This document shows positions 35,898 through 36,126 of a stretch of 36,126 nucleotides of DNA, piece by piece. The position numbers and the translations under genes were made by a program. Within the stretch, counting starts at the first letter, position 1. Each line of letters starts with the position of its first letter. The notes beneath the pieces were generated by a model. It saw nothing but the letters and a program-made list of their open reading frames with translations, had not been told where the DNA came from and made no database searches. Source of the stretch: a virus (Duplodnaviria; Caudoviricetes); the IMG/VR virus record IMGVR_UViG_3300028197_000062, positions 1-36,126 of that record; one strand, 5' to 3'.

Positions 35898-36126
35898 CCG
35901 GTGGCACATCTCCTGTACCAGTGTCTCCTGTTGCTGTGTCTGGTGGTGTTGCTTCTCCACCGTCTACCGGTGCTACTGCGTCTGCACCTGGATCTATGTC
36001 TTCACCTGCTCCTGCACCTGCCAAGTCTGCACTAATCCCTGCACTTGAAACTCCTGCACCTCTCAACTCGCCTGCGGCATCAGTTGGTGGTGGAGTAATA
36101 TTTTCGTCATTCTCTTCACGCCACAC
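35893..36126 (-). CDS. C-terminal end of a probable portal protein (gp20-like), truncated by the window
   Basis: The frame is open to the window edge, reading WREEN followed by an acidic Pro/Gly/Ala-rich tail. Its position upstream of the head cluster fits a portal gene; the identity is positional only. Confidence 0.5.
   Translation of the reverse strand: MWREENDENITPPPTDAAGELRGAGVSSAGISADLAGAGAGEDIDPGADAVAPVDGGEATPPDTATGDTGTGDVPPA

Overview
This AT-rich window is the virion-morphogenesis region of a large T4-related (gp23-type capsid) tailed phage, probably aquatic. All real genes are on the minus strand. In transcription order it carries: the probable portal C-terminus, a small conserved ORF, a DUF115/GT42-like protein, an acidic head-core protein, the prohead protease (gp21-like), a scaffold and the major capsid protein. 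Next comes a dense 700-bp regulatory island, then about 19 kb of paralogous tail/fibre proteins, including two giant modular adhesins. These are followed by three Cys-rich Gly-rich proteins with two tail-assembly-chaperone-like proteins, a glycosyltransferase, an SGNH-like protein, a carbamoyltransferase, and two cupredoxin-fold virion proteins. A T4-late-promoter variant, (G/C)ATAAATAC, precedes most gene blocks. The most striking element is the island after the capsid gene. It holds a glutamine (glnA-type) riboswitch upstream of a 63-aa basic protein with the Arg/Glu spacing of cyanobacterial glutamine synthetase inactivating factors. It also holds a separately promoted, highly structured RNA of about 217 nt and a structured 5' leader. 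All family assignments come from motif recognition by eye, not database searches.
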